Source: Raillietiella orientalis
Taxonomy: Eukaryota
DNA: 64,000 nt
Direction of reading: 5' to 3'
NCBI GenBank assembly: GCA_036172245.1
Contig: JAYWIR010000018.1
Location: 1,240,001-1,304,000 of the forward strand
Within the stretch, counting starts at the first letter, position 1. Each line of letters starts with the position of its first letter. Below the pieces are notes generated by a model that searched no databases, was not told where the DNA came from, and saw nothing but the letters and a program-made list of their open reading frames with translations. This document shows positions 1 through 13,769 of this stretch, one piece after another. The position numbers were made by a program, and so were the translations under genes.

Positions 1-2499
1 CGGCTTCCTCGCCTCCATCTCCACCGCCATCTATTCGCCTTCGCCTTCATTTGCATCTTCGCTGTGAGAGATCGTGACCGCTTCACGGAGATCTGGGAAG
101 ATTTCTGTCTTCATCATGGCTCACGGGAGCGGAAAAAAGACATTGCCGGAAACTGACTGGAGCCGAACGTGGTCCAATGACGCTCCGAAATCTGCGCGGA
201 CAATTGGAACACATGACGTGCGGAAATGTTTTTTTGTTGTTGTTGTTTCGAGCGTGACGTCATCTTTTTCGCCGAAGAGCGCCTTCTAGAGGAACAGAGG
301 AACCTTCTGAGAGAGCTGGCTGGGAAGGCGCGGCCGAGAACCCTCTACCTCCCCCTTTCCCTTATCCTCAGGGTCTGATCCATGTGCCGGACCGCAATCC
401 AGCTTGCCTGAGTGTGCACACAAGGAACCGCAGGAAGTCGGATGACAGGCGGATGTGTGCGCAGCAAATGCGGGCTGAAGTGTGTGTGCGTGCGAATGCG
501 TGTGCGCAGCTCGGAAACCATCGGGAGAGAACACGTGCGTGCAGGTCCGCAGCGAGGAGAGCCAGTTCGTTCCGCTTCCGACCGGTTTCCGGCGAAACTT
601 CGCGCGCGCGAGCGCGGGACGCGACGAGCGGGATGACGACCCACCATTCCTCGCCACACCCCCAGGAGTCGATGGCTGCTGCAAGGCGAGCAGGTTGGTG
701 GACGGCGTCACTCCTCGTTCTCGGGCGAGGGGACTCCTTCGGCGGCGCGCGACCTGCTCGGTGTGCTTCTCCGAAGAACTCGCGGTGTCTCCCTTGTCCA
801 CGAACATTACGGTGCACCCGTAACGGTGGAAACGAAACGTCCTGCTGCTTCTGCACCGGACACCCGGTTTCCGGGGGATTGCCTCCCCCGAACTGTTCCA
901 GGTGCTAGGCGATGGGATCGCTCCCGCACGTTCTGTTGGACTGCAGCGCCCCTCGCGAGGACATTCGGAGGACACCCACCCTCGGCTCCGGACTAGCTGT
1001 GGCACTTCCTCGCGCCAGGAGGGCTAGCGGCGGGCGCCGTGACCGCAACGAGACGCTGCATCTCCGCGCCATGGTGACAGTCCGCTCCGCGGTGGAGTCT
1101 CGCTCGGAGCGAGGGGAAACCGCCAGCGTGGAAGCCGCCTCGATGAGGGCGGCTGCACGCTGGCCTCACGCTGCAGGAAGAAGTCGCCAGAGAGGTCGCC
1201 ACCATAAGCCTCCTGTCCCTACCCTCCCTCCTTTTCCTACTTATTGTCCCCTGCCTCCGTTCCCCACTTCCTTAGAAGTCAGCTTGAGTGCCGTTGGTCA
1301 TACCCAATGAACTTCTTTTTTTTTTCCTTGCATCTTAGGGGATAGAGTTCCCCTTACTTGTGGTTTATACACGTCCCGGAGAGACCAGGTACAAACCCTC
1401 CCTGCCCCTTCTCGCAGTCTGCAGAGTCCCGCGTGGAGAGACGTCAGATCGAGAACGGCAACCCAGAAAAAGCACCAACAGGCCGCAGCACAGACTCAAA
1501 GCAGTAACAACTTGCGTGCCTGGCTTGCGCATTGCCGATGAGCGAGGATGCTGCGACCCTAAGCTGGATTCTCCTGGAGGACCCAACAGCCGCGGAGTTC
1601 GAATCCGCTCAGTGCACCTGAGCCAGAAAGATCTCTTTAGGCTCGCGTAAGGCCGAGACTAGGATAAACCGACTGGGCCCAGTGGCCGGGTCCCCCCTGT
1701 GCCGAGCAGAAGGCTGCAGGTTGGAACCCAGGCGGTGCACTCGCGCTAGAACGGGAACACAGAGACAGGGCAACAGAAGTGGAGGGTAGGCTGAATCGAT
1801 TGCACCCTAGGGGGAAATGGATAGGAGAGTTCGCAAGGTGGGAAGGGGCGCGCACTCTCCGCTCTCCCTCGTATCCCATGGAAACAGAAGACGCAGGTAG
1901 AGAGAAAACCTACTGGGTGGTTTGTGCCCCCCTCTCTGCCGGGAGCAAGCAGCCACTTAGCAAACGGCCCGCCTCGGGCTCTGACCTTGAGACGGAAAGT
2001 AGGTAGGAAAAGGGAAAACAAGGAAACTGCTTTTTAGTCACTTTTGGTCCGGTTTAAGTGGCTCACCCTATACGATCGGAAATTCAAAGGTTCGTTTCCT
2101 TGTCAACAACGGTAAAGGGAATTTCCGACGTTCATACAGCTTGGAATTGATCGCCCTTCGTTCCTCCATAGTATATAACACACGGGGCAAGGAAAAAAGA
2201 ATCTTCCGAGGGGTCTCATCGGGGGAACATTCCCTAGGAAACACACGATTCTCTCTCGAAACCGTACACTCGCAGCTCTTGCACGTGGTCCCTTATTCCC
2301 GACGCATCCGAAATTCACACGAGATCGCAGGACGCGCACCCGCTATCAGCCTCCCCACCGATAAAAAGAACGCTTTCTGCATCTTCCCACGGCTATCTGA
2401 TGTACATCTAGAGGCCCTGCGTTTAGCTCGAGATTCCGATGGGGGATGGAGGGAGGCTGTGGGGGAAGGACTCCTCCGAGAGTAGAGCGCCTGGACTGC

Positions 2500-2990
2500 G
2501 CGAGGCCTACGACGTTTGGGTTGCATAGGCCCGGGAGAAGACTACAGAGCCGTCGAAAAGAAGCCCCTCGGAGTCGGTACCGAGAGACGCCGGAGAGGCA
2601 GCGGGGATGCTGGAAAAGGACGAAGGAAAGCAATTTCCTTCATGAGGGAAGATGTGACCGTGGAGTAGAGGTGGGTGGAATACGACCACCGGCTGTAGGC
2701 ACGAACCCCCTCTTTACCATGATGGGAAGGATTCCTGCCTCCCCCCCCTCCGACCTCCCTCCCGTCCACCCCCTCCTTGAGTGAGACCCCATTCACGGAG
2801 AGCGCGCGAGAAACAGAGAAGGACTCACTGGGTTGCAGGGACGTTGGAATGCTGGAGCGCGCTGCCATCCTGGACCGCCTGGTTTCCCTGATGATCGGCA
2901 GGAGCACTCCTCAGGCACCTCGGCAGGGACTGCACCTGGTCAGAGACAAAGAGACGCATGAGACACATGAAACCGGGCTAACCTAAGGGG
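2500..2990 (+). mobile_element. Possible highly decayed LTR-retrotransposon (gypsy-like) integrase C-terminal remnant
   Basis: The translation fragment VGTNPLFTMMGRIP resembles the integrase motif TGxSPFxxMxGRxP. Frames are broken and the catalytic residues are not recognisable. Confidence 0.2.
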
Positions 2991-5754
2991 GACAGTCTCC
3001 CTCGATCCATGGAAGAGATGGACGAGACAGAGAAGAGACAAGAACCGGGGGGAAAGAAAACTGCGGGCGCGCAATGCGTGTCGAGTAAGGGTTCAGGGCT
3101 CAGCTCATGGTGGAGGGCGTTCCTGAGCGCCCGAGGAAGGCTCCTCTTTTCGTTCAACGGCCCTTCCTCCCAGTCTCCGACGAGCACGCACCATGGTAAC
3201 GAGACCGCTTGCTGGAACCAGGGCGCTCCCAGGACGACTCGACGACCCCTCGGACAGTAGTCGGACCAAGCGGACCTTCCTCGCAACATCAGAAGGTTGA
3301 GGAGGATGCCTGTTGGCATGGCAACACGGAGTCTGCAGTCGCAGAAGAGAACAGAAGCGCGAAACCGTCCGCACTTCCTCGTGATGTCCTCGCGTTTTCC
3401 TTTCGTTTCCACTTTCCCTGATGGATCCGGAGGTTCCCCTTGGACGTGCCCCACGATGGGGCCTCTGAATTTTCTTCCCCCCTCAGCTTGAAGCGCGCTC
3501 TCTTTCGACTCTTCGGCAGACGACAGAGAGAGGCCAAGAGGGGTGGACGCCGCAGGGAAGAGCGCGATCTACCGAGCGCTTGCTGTTGTCACGAAATTCC
3601 TCTTTTCCAGCTCCGCTCTCTCCTGGACCACTCGTATGTGGACTTCGAGCTCTACCCCCTTCCCCAGGAGATTCTTCCAAGGCGTGTGCGAAACAGAGCG
3701 AGGAAGCTGGGCGAAGTAAGCCGAGCGTATGCGCAGATGTCTGCCGCTCCCCGGAGAGCAGAGGTCTCTCGGCGGCGGTCGCGGCAGACGCTACAGCCGG
3801 ACGGAGCTTTTCCCCTTCTTTGGCGTCCTTGGAGGAGGACGTCACGTGTCGCGAGGAGGAAACGGCGAGCGCATCCTGGAGAAGCGCGCCACTCCGCACA
3901 GAGGGCGGCGTTCTGACTTCGAGCCGCCTGGGCGTCGGCAAACGCGCGCGTCGCATCTGTGGACAGTCAGGCGCTCGCTGCCGCCCTGCCTCGAGTCCCG
4001 TCCCTGACCCCAGACGGCAACCGACCGACCGGCAGTGCCCTAGGCCCATTTCCGTAAGAGGATGCATCTCGCTCGCAGCCGGATCCAGCCGCGGCTTGCG
4101 ACTGCGCGCGGCGGCTGAAGGAGAAGGGAGGGGGGGTCCAATCGAGGGAAGAGCAAGCATGCACCCCATAAACCAAGGACCTCACATCGCACGCCCTTCC
4201 CTACCAGTGGCAGTGTCTGCTCCAGAACACCCTCCCGGTTCTCCGGAGTCGGCGGCAGAGCCCCGGGCTCCGTGACTGCGGTGCGATTCCTTCCTTCCCC
4301 TTTCCCGGAGAGCAAAGATTCTCTTCCCCCTCTTATTTAGTGGGATCATTCGTCGCCGCCTCCACGCCACTTTTCCAGCCGTGAATGCAGCTGACCCGTC
4401 AGCCCACGCACTCCTCCTACAGTCGCATAGGGACAACGTTCCTACTCCGGGAGGGCACCAATTGGGGTCCGACCGGGAGGCAGTCCCGCCACCGATGCTC
4501 GGCTGTGTTGGGACACTTTGGTCCTCCTCCTCCCGCCATATCTTCCTCTCTTGCGAATCACGGATCCTGCAGAGATCCGGAATCAGTGGACCTGCAGGCT
4601 CCATTTGTAATCAAGGGGGTGGGGGTAAGGGGTGGATGGGGGCGGGAGAGGATAAAGGAGGATAGAGCGGGAACAGCCCACAACTCCGTCGCCAAGGAGA
4701 CGGCGGTGGTCTCTAGAGCCTCGAGAGGGCTGAGCGGCAGAATTATCGGCATGTGAGGTTTCCGAAATTCCCTCCCCGAGGTGGAGAGAACGTCTTGCCT
4801 GTGACCTGCCTGCCGCAGGTCACAGGGATCGTCCCCGACTCGCAGCGGCACCAGACGGGACAAAAGGAACGACGGGAACCCGAGAAGGATCTCTCCTTAG
4901 ATGCTCCCCTCCCAGGGGCAACTCCCTCTCCCGCAGCGGGAGGTGTCCCTGAAACTCAGGAAGAGGATGCACTGCTTGGCAAAGGAGAGTGGGAGCGTAG
5001 TGCAGCGTTCGCACCAGGCGCATCGGCACGCGCAGGTGCTGACGCCTCACCGAATTCCGGGATGGAAAAATCCTTCCCATCCCTCGGAAAGAAGTCCGAG
5101 GAATCGTCCTGGCAAGTCCCGAAATAAGGAAGGAAGTCCAGGAACAAGGGGCAATGAGTGCGCCGCCATCAGTTCCAAGAAGGCTGCGCTCTGGACCGGC
5201 AGGTGCCCGGCCGAAGGGAAGGCGTGTCCCCTGCCGTCGCGAGGAGAAAAATCCGCCCAGGGGTTGAGTAGCAGCCGGTCCACGCTGCGCTCGACCGATC
5301 CACTAGTCCGGTCGGACCGCACGACCGTGGCGGCAACTTTTCATGGATCAGGAGGATGGTGGCCAGCGGACGACGGCAATGCCTGCGCGCTCCATTCTAG
5401 CACCGGCGCGAGACGACGACGGAATGTCTTTCGGCCCCAGCAGCTCTAAAGTCCAAGTCCCAGAACGTCCTCCGGAAGGAGGAGCGCGGACCTACGCAGC
5501 CGAGTCGCCAGGAGGGGGAAGACTCGTCATCAAATGGACGAGACCCAAAGTTCACGAGGGTAGTGCAGCGAACTCCCCTCGAAAGGCTGAGGGTTCGAAC
5601 CCTGGCCCAGGAGAGTCTTCTGCTCAGCGAGGAGACACACCGCTGCTCACCATCACGAGACTGACCCTTCTTCCACAATGATGAGACCGAGGAAACGGTA
5701 AGAAGCTGCGGAGAATCGCCTCCCACTCATCTCTTCTCGTGGCCTTTTGAAGAA

Positions 5755-5795
5755 CAGCTAGGCTGCATCCGCATGCAACGGATGCAGCCTAGCTG
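5755..5795. repeat. Perfect 17-bp inverted repeat with a 7-nt loop
   Basis: cagctaggctgcatccg-catgcaa-cggatgcagcctagctg, read directly. Confidence 0.95.
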
Positions 5796-8700
5796 AGAAA
5801 GACTGCGGTCCAAGGAGGAGCGTGGCAAAGTGCGTAAGAGCAAATCAGCAACGAAAACCGGTGCTGGAGACGGGGGGGGGGGGGGGGGCGCAGCAGAAGG
5901 ACGCTGTCCGAAAGGACTTTCGTGGATTCGCCGCGTAGTCGTGGCAGCGACCTCCCTTCGATCGCCCGCATGGAAGTTCCACTCTTTCCCATGGGGCATC
6001 CGCAAGGCGTCGCTCGCGTCTGCATGAGGAGATGGCGGGTTTTCCGGCACCGAAGTCCCACCGCCAAGCGAAGGAGGACCACGCGATGGTTTGCAAAATG
6101 GAAGCAGAGGCGAAGGAGGAGAAGACAGAGAATCCCATCGGGAAGACACCCGGCCCCCCAACTTCTCGGATCTTCGCGCGGCGTGAAGTTCCGCGATCAC
6201 TGAGAGCGGCAGGGGCGAACCTGGATTTTCCGGGTCCGCACCGACCGCGTGCGACAGCCCGCGAGGTGCAACAGAGGACGCCAGAGATCGAGACCAGCCC
6301 TCTCGTGCTCGCAAAGGGGGGGTGGAGGAATTGTGGTTCCGATTGGGCATGGGCCTGCCCGTGGCCGGCCGCGACCAATCTTCCGCGCAGGAGACACGAA
6401 GAGGAGGTAGGACGGAGAATGAAACCGGAAAACGCGGGATGTGGGACCGCCTACGCCAGCCATCGGCACCCCGAACTCCACCCGGGCCGTCTTCCGAAAA
6501 GGATGCAAGCAGGGAGGGTGAAGGCAGAAGGCGACTAGAGCGAAAGCACGAACGATCCAGGCGCACGGCTGGGAGGAAGGAAGATGGGGATGAATGTTTT
6601 TCCAAGTGGGAGTTGAGATTAGTAGGCCGACGATATTCCCTGCACATGAAAGGGAGCATGGGAGTTCTTCGATTCTAGGGTCGGCAGCGGTGAGACATTT
6701 CCTGGAGCGTGGAGGGGGGGGGGAGCCATTTCGGATTCCGGCTCTTTGAGTCTGGATTCTTGTAGGTGGGTTGGCCTCGAGGGGGGCTTTCACGTGCAAC
6801 TTTTCCAGAAGCGCACACCCCGACGGATGCGCAGGATAAAAAGGATGGCGAGGATTCTGGAAACTGCCAGGAGGGAGGGAAGGAGGGAGGGAGAGAAGGA
6901 AGGAGGGAGAAACAAGCAGGTTAAAGAGAGATTGGCATCTTCCTGCTGAGAGTGGGAAAGGCTCGGAAGTCGCGTTGTTTATCTCATTTCACTCCGATGT
7001 CACTCCGATGCCGACGTTTCCCGCCGCAACCTTGTGAGGGGTGCGACTTATCGTTGCCTTCGTTACGAATGCATCCGAGAATTCATGCTGGTAGGGCATT
7101 AAAAAAGAGAGAGAAAGAGAAGCAAGCAAAGGTCGAAAAATTCATGACTTCTTAGTCAGTTTGATATCCTACCGAGAAGGTTACTGAAGGGAAAGATCGC
7201 TGTTGATAACAGTGAAAGTGTCGCAACAGCGTGATAATGGATGCAAAAAAAAAAAAAAAAAAACACTGCAAGAATCAAGTGGAGCGGAGCCAGAGCCTTG
7301 AACTTGCTGAAGACAACAAGAAGACCTTTCCATATTGCTTCGCTACGGAAGCGTGGTTTCGTGGTGAAGAGAAACGCAGCCACGTGTACGAGGAAGGGGA
7401 GGAGGGAGAAGGAAGGGCGGAGGAAGAGGAACCCTGCCACTTGGAGCTCACCCTGCTGGCGCTGGGAGGGGGGCCCAGATTGCAGGGGTGCTCCAAATCA
7501 AGCGCAGTCGCAACTTGTCTTCCGATTCCAGAGAGGAGGACACTCCTGTTTCTCCGGACTGGACCCCGCTATAGGTGTTCGCCGTGGACAGGCACGCGAG
7601 ACGGGTTGCAGCGAGTTTCCCCACCCCATGCTCGAACAACAGATTCGGTCTTCCGGAGGCGCAAGTGGTTCGAGGAATTCCTACCCGCAAGTGTCCGTTG
7701 CCTAATCAAGCGCCGGCGAACCTGCAAACAGATCTATCAGGCATCCTCCCGATTTACCGGGAGCACGCTGATGAGGTCGGAGGACTGGAGCGGATTTTCG
7801 CGCCCCCAGAGGCAGAGTCCAGAAATGGCGAAGGCAAAACGGACGGGTCGGACAGACGCGATCGTGGGTAACAGCAGAGCCTATTTTCGAAAGCGGGCGG
7901 ATCCGGCTGTAGGCCATCGTCTGTTCCCATCCGCATCCAAAGTGTCGCCCGCTTCCAAATAGGAGTTCCGTGCACTCGCCGCCAGATAGCTGGAGCATCA
8001 GAGACACCCAAGCTGGTTCGAGCAGGCTTCGGTCCAGTTCAAATAGGGTGCGCAACATGATAAGAATGGTGGTTCTAAATAGGTGCAGTGGGATATGGGG
8101 CTCACGCCCCATTTGAATCGAAAACAAAAGCTCGAAGCAGCTTCACATCTGGTGTGCCAGCTATCTGGTAAAAGAAATGGGAGCGAGGAATTCCGAATCC
8201 CTCAAGTTGCAAAGGCATGTTGTTGTGTTCCCAAGAGAAGTAGGAGACGTACGCGCCAACAAAAGCTGCTTTCGGAGATGAGATCTCCGCCGCGTTCTCC
8301 GATCTCCCAGATTCCAGAATCATCCGGAAGAAAACACACACACACACACACACAAAGAAACATCTGTGCATGCGCGGTTAACAGCGCGCTTTTGGAAACC
8401 CGCAGACCCACTCGCCCTTCCGCTTCCGTTTGGACGCGCCCCCCTCTCTGATTCATCCGGATCACCTCTTCCGGCGTTACCACGGAAACCCATCCGAAGA
8501 AATGCAGGCACGCGTCCAGAGCATGCGCTTTCGCAAGCAGAAGACCTGCACGAACGCTACCATGAGGAGAGATGACGCGGAGGGACGCTTCCTCGTACTG
8601 GATGCGTACCGTTCTCAGAGAGCATGTTCGTACAGAATACACACCCATAGCAACAATAAGCGAAGCGGAGCGAGCTGGAGTGAGCAGTCCTCGCTCGCTG

Positions 8701-9322
8701 GCGAAGGTCGAAGCAGAGCTTCCTCCTCCCTCATTAACATAAATTGCGCCCCCAGGATAGAGAACGATATTTTCCTGGCTCTTCTTACGATCTCCCATAA
8801 CGACCGCCATTGCCTAAGAGAGGTCTCTCCAGACGGGGGAAACACTCCTTTCGGACTGGTCCACTCCAGAGTGTTCCATCCGCCGAGCCATTAAAGAGGC
8901 GAATTTCCGTGCCGATTCGCCCGTTGCTGTCGCCTAGGAGATTCGCAGGCTTTCGCATTCGGAGTCTACGGATGGGAAGGTGCAGAACGAAAGCAGCTCA
9001 GCACGCCGGCAGCACGGGAATTCCAGCCCGCCAGCTCCTTCCAAAAGCAGAGTCCTTTTTCTGCTCCCCTCCGCCCATTCCCATTTCCTTCCGCGGCGCC
9101 TCCTGCCTCCCTTGGTGCGTGCATTTCTATTCCTTTCCTTTCTGCCGATCTCTCTCGAACCGCTCGGGGAGGAGAGGGGGGAGGGAATGCTGCCAGGGGG
9201 GACGCACGAGCGAGGACTTCGGGATGCCCTTCCCGCTGCCGTCACACTGACGGGCGTGGCTGGCCTCCGCCCACGCTCTCATTCGAATGGCGTTCTCTCG
9301 CCGCGCCCTGCGCCTACGGGAC

Positions 9323-9499
9323 CCCGGGATCAGGGCTTGACGCTCTGGAATCGCGAACGCACGTCTTCGGCGCGCCGGCCCACGGAAACGGCGAACCTCG
9401 CCAAAGAACCAGGCGGTCGCCTTTCACGGACGCGGCGGGCGCGTTCCGCAGAGTTGGCGCGCCGGCAAAAACCGACCCGCACCACCGTTGACGAGGTCA
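9323..9499 (+). repeat. Diverged repeat, copy 1 of an inverted pair (partner 11421-11613)
   Basis: Shares blocks such as cgtcttcggcgcgccg and ggcaaaaaccgacccgcaccaccgttgac with the reverse complement of 11421-11613. Confidence 0.85.
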
Positions 9500-11420
9500 C
9501 CCGGGTCGTCTCCATGCACCCCAACCCGCACGGGTGCTTCAGCGCTGCTGCCCATGCACGGCGCGGACGGGCTTCGGGAAGAGGCGGGCGGGAAGCCAGG
9601 GAGCCCTTCGAGCTGCCCCCGGGAGACACGAACGGGAGCAGCTCCGCATCCGGATGAGAGTTCCAAGGGACAGGGACGCGAGAGGAGGGAGGACGCGCTA
9701 AAACCTTGGGGGAAGGGGGGAAGGGAGCAGCGGCGCGCGAGTGCTCTGGGCCGCTCCCTGGGAATGCCTAAATGTTAGCCGACCGACTGACCGACTGCCC
9801 TCCACGCGGGCGCCGGAGGCGCTGCCCTTCCGCGAAACCCAGCGGCCTCCGTCCTTTCCTTTTCACGGCCGTTTCCTCGGGGACCGCTCCATGTGGCAAG
9901 GGGTCTCCTCGCCAGTCCCCTTCGCGCCGCGCGTGAGGAAGCCACGCCCGCCAACCGCTGCCTCTCGTGGACGGGGGGTGGGCGGTGAGAGGGGTGCCAA
10001 GAGCGGGATGGAAGGGGAAAATGGATCCCCCACCTCGGAGCCCGAGGGATGGGGAGGGGGGGACGATGCGCCGCCTGGCAACAGCGAAGAGGCGGTGGCC
10101 TCCTCGCTGACGGAAGCACCTTTCCCGTAGAAGGAAAGGTGCTCCCGCCATCGGCAGGAAAAATGCCCAGACCCCGATGCTTCTGCTTCCGTTCACGAGA
10201 GGCAGCACCGGGGTCACATCTTCTCAATCCCGCCGGGTGCTCCTGGGATGGCTCCGTGGCACTTTTCCCGGCAGACTCGCCCTGGGCCGGCGCAGTGGCC
10301 GAGCCGGCAGAGGCAATCCCCCCTACCCTGCTGACACGCTGGAGACCCGCCTCCTGAAGGGCCCTCCTAGCCACACATGGGTCAGGTTCCCCACGCACCC
10401 AGCTAGAGGACTCAGCCCCTCTTCCCGCCTGCCTTCGCCGCGGTCCTCAGGACGGGACAGCCCGCGCAGTCCACGACCGGCGACATTCGGGGTCGCGCCA
10501 GCACTCCCGCCGCGATCAGCCGAAGCAGTGTGCCTCGAGCCTCACAGCGGTGACCACGTTTGCGCTACCACCACCGCCTCGAAATAGCGGAGACCCCAGC
10601 TTGCTCCTGGGGTCCCCTTCCTTGACCCACCCCGGGGTCCTCGTCTGGCTCCTTCCGTCGCTTCCGGTGGAGAAACTCCCCAACTGCCGAAAGGTCGCTG
10701 GGGAGGGGAGGGAGGGGGGAATACAGTGGCAGGCACGTGAGCAGGCCGAGTGAGCGCGTGCCGCGCGCACAACAAGCGTGCAGTGGGGGAGGCGTACAGG
10801 TTCGGTAGGACCATATGCAGGGGCGCTCCGTCCCAATTTTAGTATATGTACCGCCGAAGCAGGTACGCTCCGTCCCCTTGCGTGTGCGCGCGCCTCCCCT
10901 GCGCAGAGGCAGCCTCTGCAGAGACCTGCGGGCTTCCCTTCTCCCGTCCCGAGTCTCCAAGCGCGTAGTCCAGGTAGCACCGCGAGTCGCCACGGCCACA
11001 TACTCACCCGTGCCGCCGCCGGCGCAGTCTATCCTCCGCCGGGTACCCCGCCGGCCGAAAGGCCCCCCGACGCCGGAAGCCTACGTCCAGTCCGCGCCTC
11101 CCGGAAAGCTTCATCGCGACGGGGGGAGGAAGATTTCAGCGGCGTCGCGAGGGAGGGCGGCGGCATAGCAGGAAGAAAATCCCGGCCGAGAGGGAGTAGG
11201 CTCCCGACTGGGGCAACCGCCCTAGCAGCGCACCGCGACCGTCCCAGCCGCCTCCGCGCCGATCGGAAGCAAACCAGAGCCGCGCAAGCCGAAGGGCAGG
11301 AGGGACGGGAAGATTCCAGGGGCGCGCGTTCCCTGCATTCCCGGGCGTCACGTTCCGGAGCATCGGCGAAGTACAGCTGCCACCGAAATCGAGGCACCCC
11401 ACCCCACTTCCATGACGCGC

Positions 11421-11613
11421 TGACTCTGTCAACGGTGGTGCGGGTCGGTTTTTGCCAGTAGGCACACGCGCGCACCAACTCTCCCCGGAGTGCGCTCGCG
11501 CCACGTCCGTGTAGGGCGACCACCTGGTTCCTGGGCCCGGCTCGCCGCTTCCGTGGGACGGCGCGCCGAAGACGTACGTTCGCGATCCCGGAGCGTCGAG
11601 CCGTGGTCCCGGG
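11421..11613 (-). repeat. Diverged repeat, copy 2 of an inverted pair (partner 9323-9499)
   Basis: The reverse complement aligns with 9323-9499 with substitutions and a short indel. Confidence 0.85.
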
Positions 11614-13769
11614 TTTATCGAAGGGGGACCTTTCGATCGGGAGGGACAACACCGACGAGCACACCCGCGCACACCACCGCCGAAACCCGAGCCCGCGTCG
11701 CGCCTCCCAACCAGCACGCGCGCACCGGCAGGTGGCAGCACGGCGGGATTTCTCGATTCCAGGGATCGCGTGGGCGGAGCGCTCGCAGAGAGGACGCTGC
11801 CGGGCAACCAGGGCAGTGAGGAGTGCTGGGTGCGACCAAGCGGAGGCGTTCGATCCCGCCGCGCTGTCCTGCGCTGATTTACGAGGAAAGGCGAGCCTGG
11901 AGCGGGCGGCGACCCGTAAATTAAGCAGGTGGCCCGGGAACAACACCAACGTGCGATTCACGAGGAATCCTGTCTTCCGAGGTCCGCGGACGCGGAGAAA
12001 CGCGCGCGGCGTGCCGGCGCATAAATCCGGAAAGGCGTGACACTCGGCCGCCCTCGGGCGGAATCCCAGGAGGCAGGTGCATTGTTTGCCTTCCAGCACC
12101 CGGAAGAGTGGCGCGGGAAACAAAGCCAAGCGAGGATGCCGCCGGCTGCCACACACCCAGCACGAGCCTGGCTCAGAAGACGTCCCGTTCCAGGACAGAG
12201 CGGCGCCAGGAAGCTGCGCGGAGACCTCCACGTTCGGGCCGGACGATTGCGAGGGTTCCGTGGCGACATAACACCGGAGACTCAACCCCCAAACTGCACG
12301 AGTTGGACGGAGAGGTCAGCGGCGGTGGCGCGGCGCCGCAGGCGACTCATCCGGAGAATGGGGGCGGGAGCCCTCGAGCCGACGGAGAAGAGGCTGCAGC
12401 CAGATAGGAGAGGAGGAGGGAGACTAGCGGGGTCCCTGCAGGCGCCCTCTCGAGAGGGGGAGACGCCTTCGCGAGGTGCCCTTGCGCGACGAGGTAAAGA
12501 GCAAACAAACATGCTGCGGCTGCCGTCGCTCTGTTGGTTCCCTTTTGAGGGGGAGGACGGAAAGGGGGGGAAGCAACCAGGGCGCCTCCGCGGCCTGCGG
12601 AGTTGTCGGGACGCGGGACGGAAAGACGTTCCGACTCGCTGCGCCGGCGAGTGCTCTGTGTGCAGGGAGATGCGACGTCCTTCGGGAAACTTACGGGAAG
12701 CGGGGGAAAAAAAGGAAAAAGAAACGACGAGGGCCGTCATGCCTCGTTGCCAACGCAACGGGCTTCGCGGCAGCAGCCAGCGATAAACAGGAAGTCAACG
12801 GGAAGCGCTGTCCGTGGGTCCTGTGGCTGACATCTTATCGGCGCAGAGTTCCTCTTCCGACAGGCAGCGGCTGAAGCGAGCGTCTCACCCCCCCACCCCA
12901 CCCCCATCCCCACTCTTTGTCAGCGAAAGCACTCTTCCCGGAGGCGGTGTCCTTGGAGCAGCAGCGCAGCACTCCCGGCTGTTCCGCCGGCCCAGCACCG
13001 CACTGGGACGAAACGAAGGAGTCCTCGCATCGGAGAGGATTTTGCAGCAAATTCGCACCACCATCACCACCACACACACATACACACTTCCCCCTTTTCC
13101 TCCTCCTCTTCCCACCTCCGTTTTAAGACGCTGCGAGACACATGCCGGGGAGGGGAGGAGTTCGTGGTTCCTCCTCGAGAATGTCAACTATGAAGATAAA
13201 CAAGCGTTCCGCTTCTTGCCGTACAAGACGAGTACGCTGGGTACAGGTGTACATTTGCGGTGCGCAAGGGCTCTCTGTTCGTACGCCTCGCACACCCTGG
13301 CCACGGTTGGCCTGGAGAGTACAACCTCCGGCTTTCCAGGCCTCCGATCTCCCCGAAGGCGGCAGCGGTCGTTTCTTTTGCTGCGAAAGGAATTCTTTCT
13401 GATCACTTGGCCCCTTCTGCCGGGATAACGCTGGACGCTGCAAACCTGCGAGCAGTGAAGAGGGAAAAAAAATAAAAACCGGGGAGAGATGGCCCGACGT
13501 GCTCCCACATGTCCCGGGTAAATCAGGATCGGCTCTTCGATGGCGCGACCCGCGACTCGACAGACGGCTGGGCTGTGGCGGCGGCGCCTCCAGAGCACGC
13601 GTGCACCGGGAGGGAAAAGCGCGAATGAGAACGCACGCCATCCGCTGCAAGGAGTGGGCAGGGAGGGTTTTTCGAACGTGACGCTGCTCTTCGGCGCCCC
13701 GGGAAACAGGTGGGAGCGTTCCCTGCTCAGCACGAAGCAGGGAGAGAGCTGCTTGTCAAGGGAGTGAAC

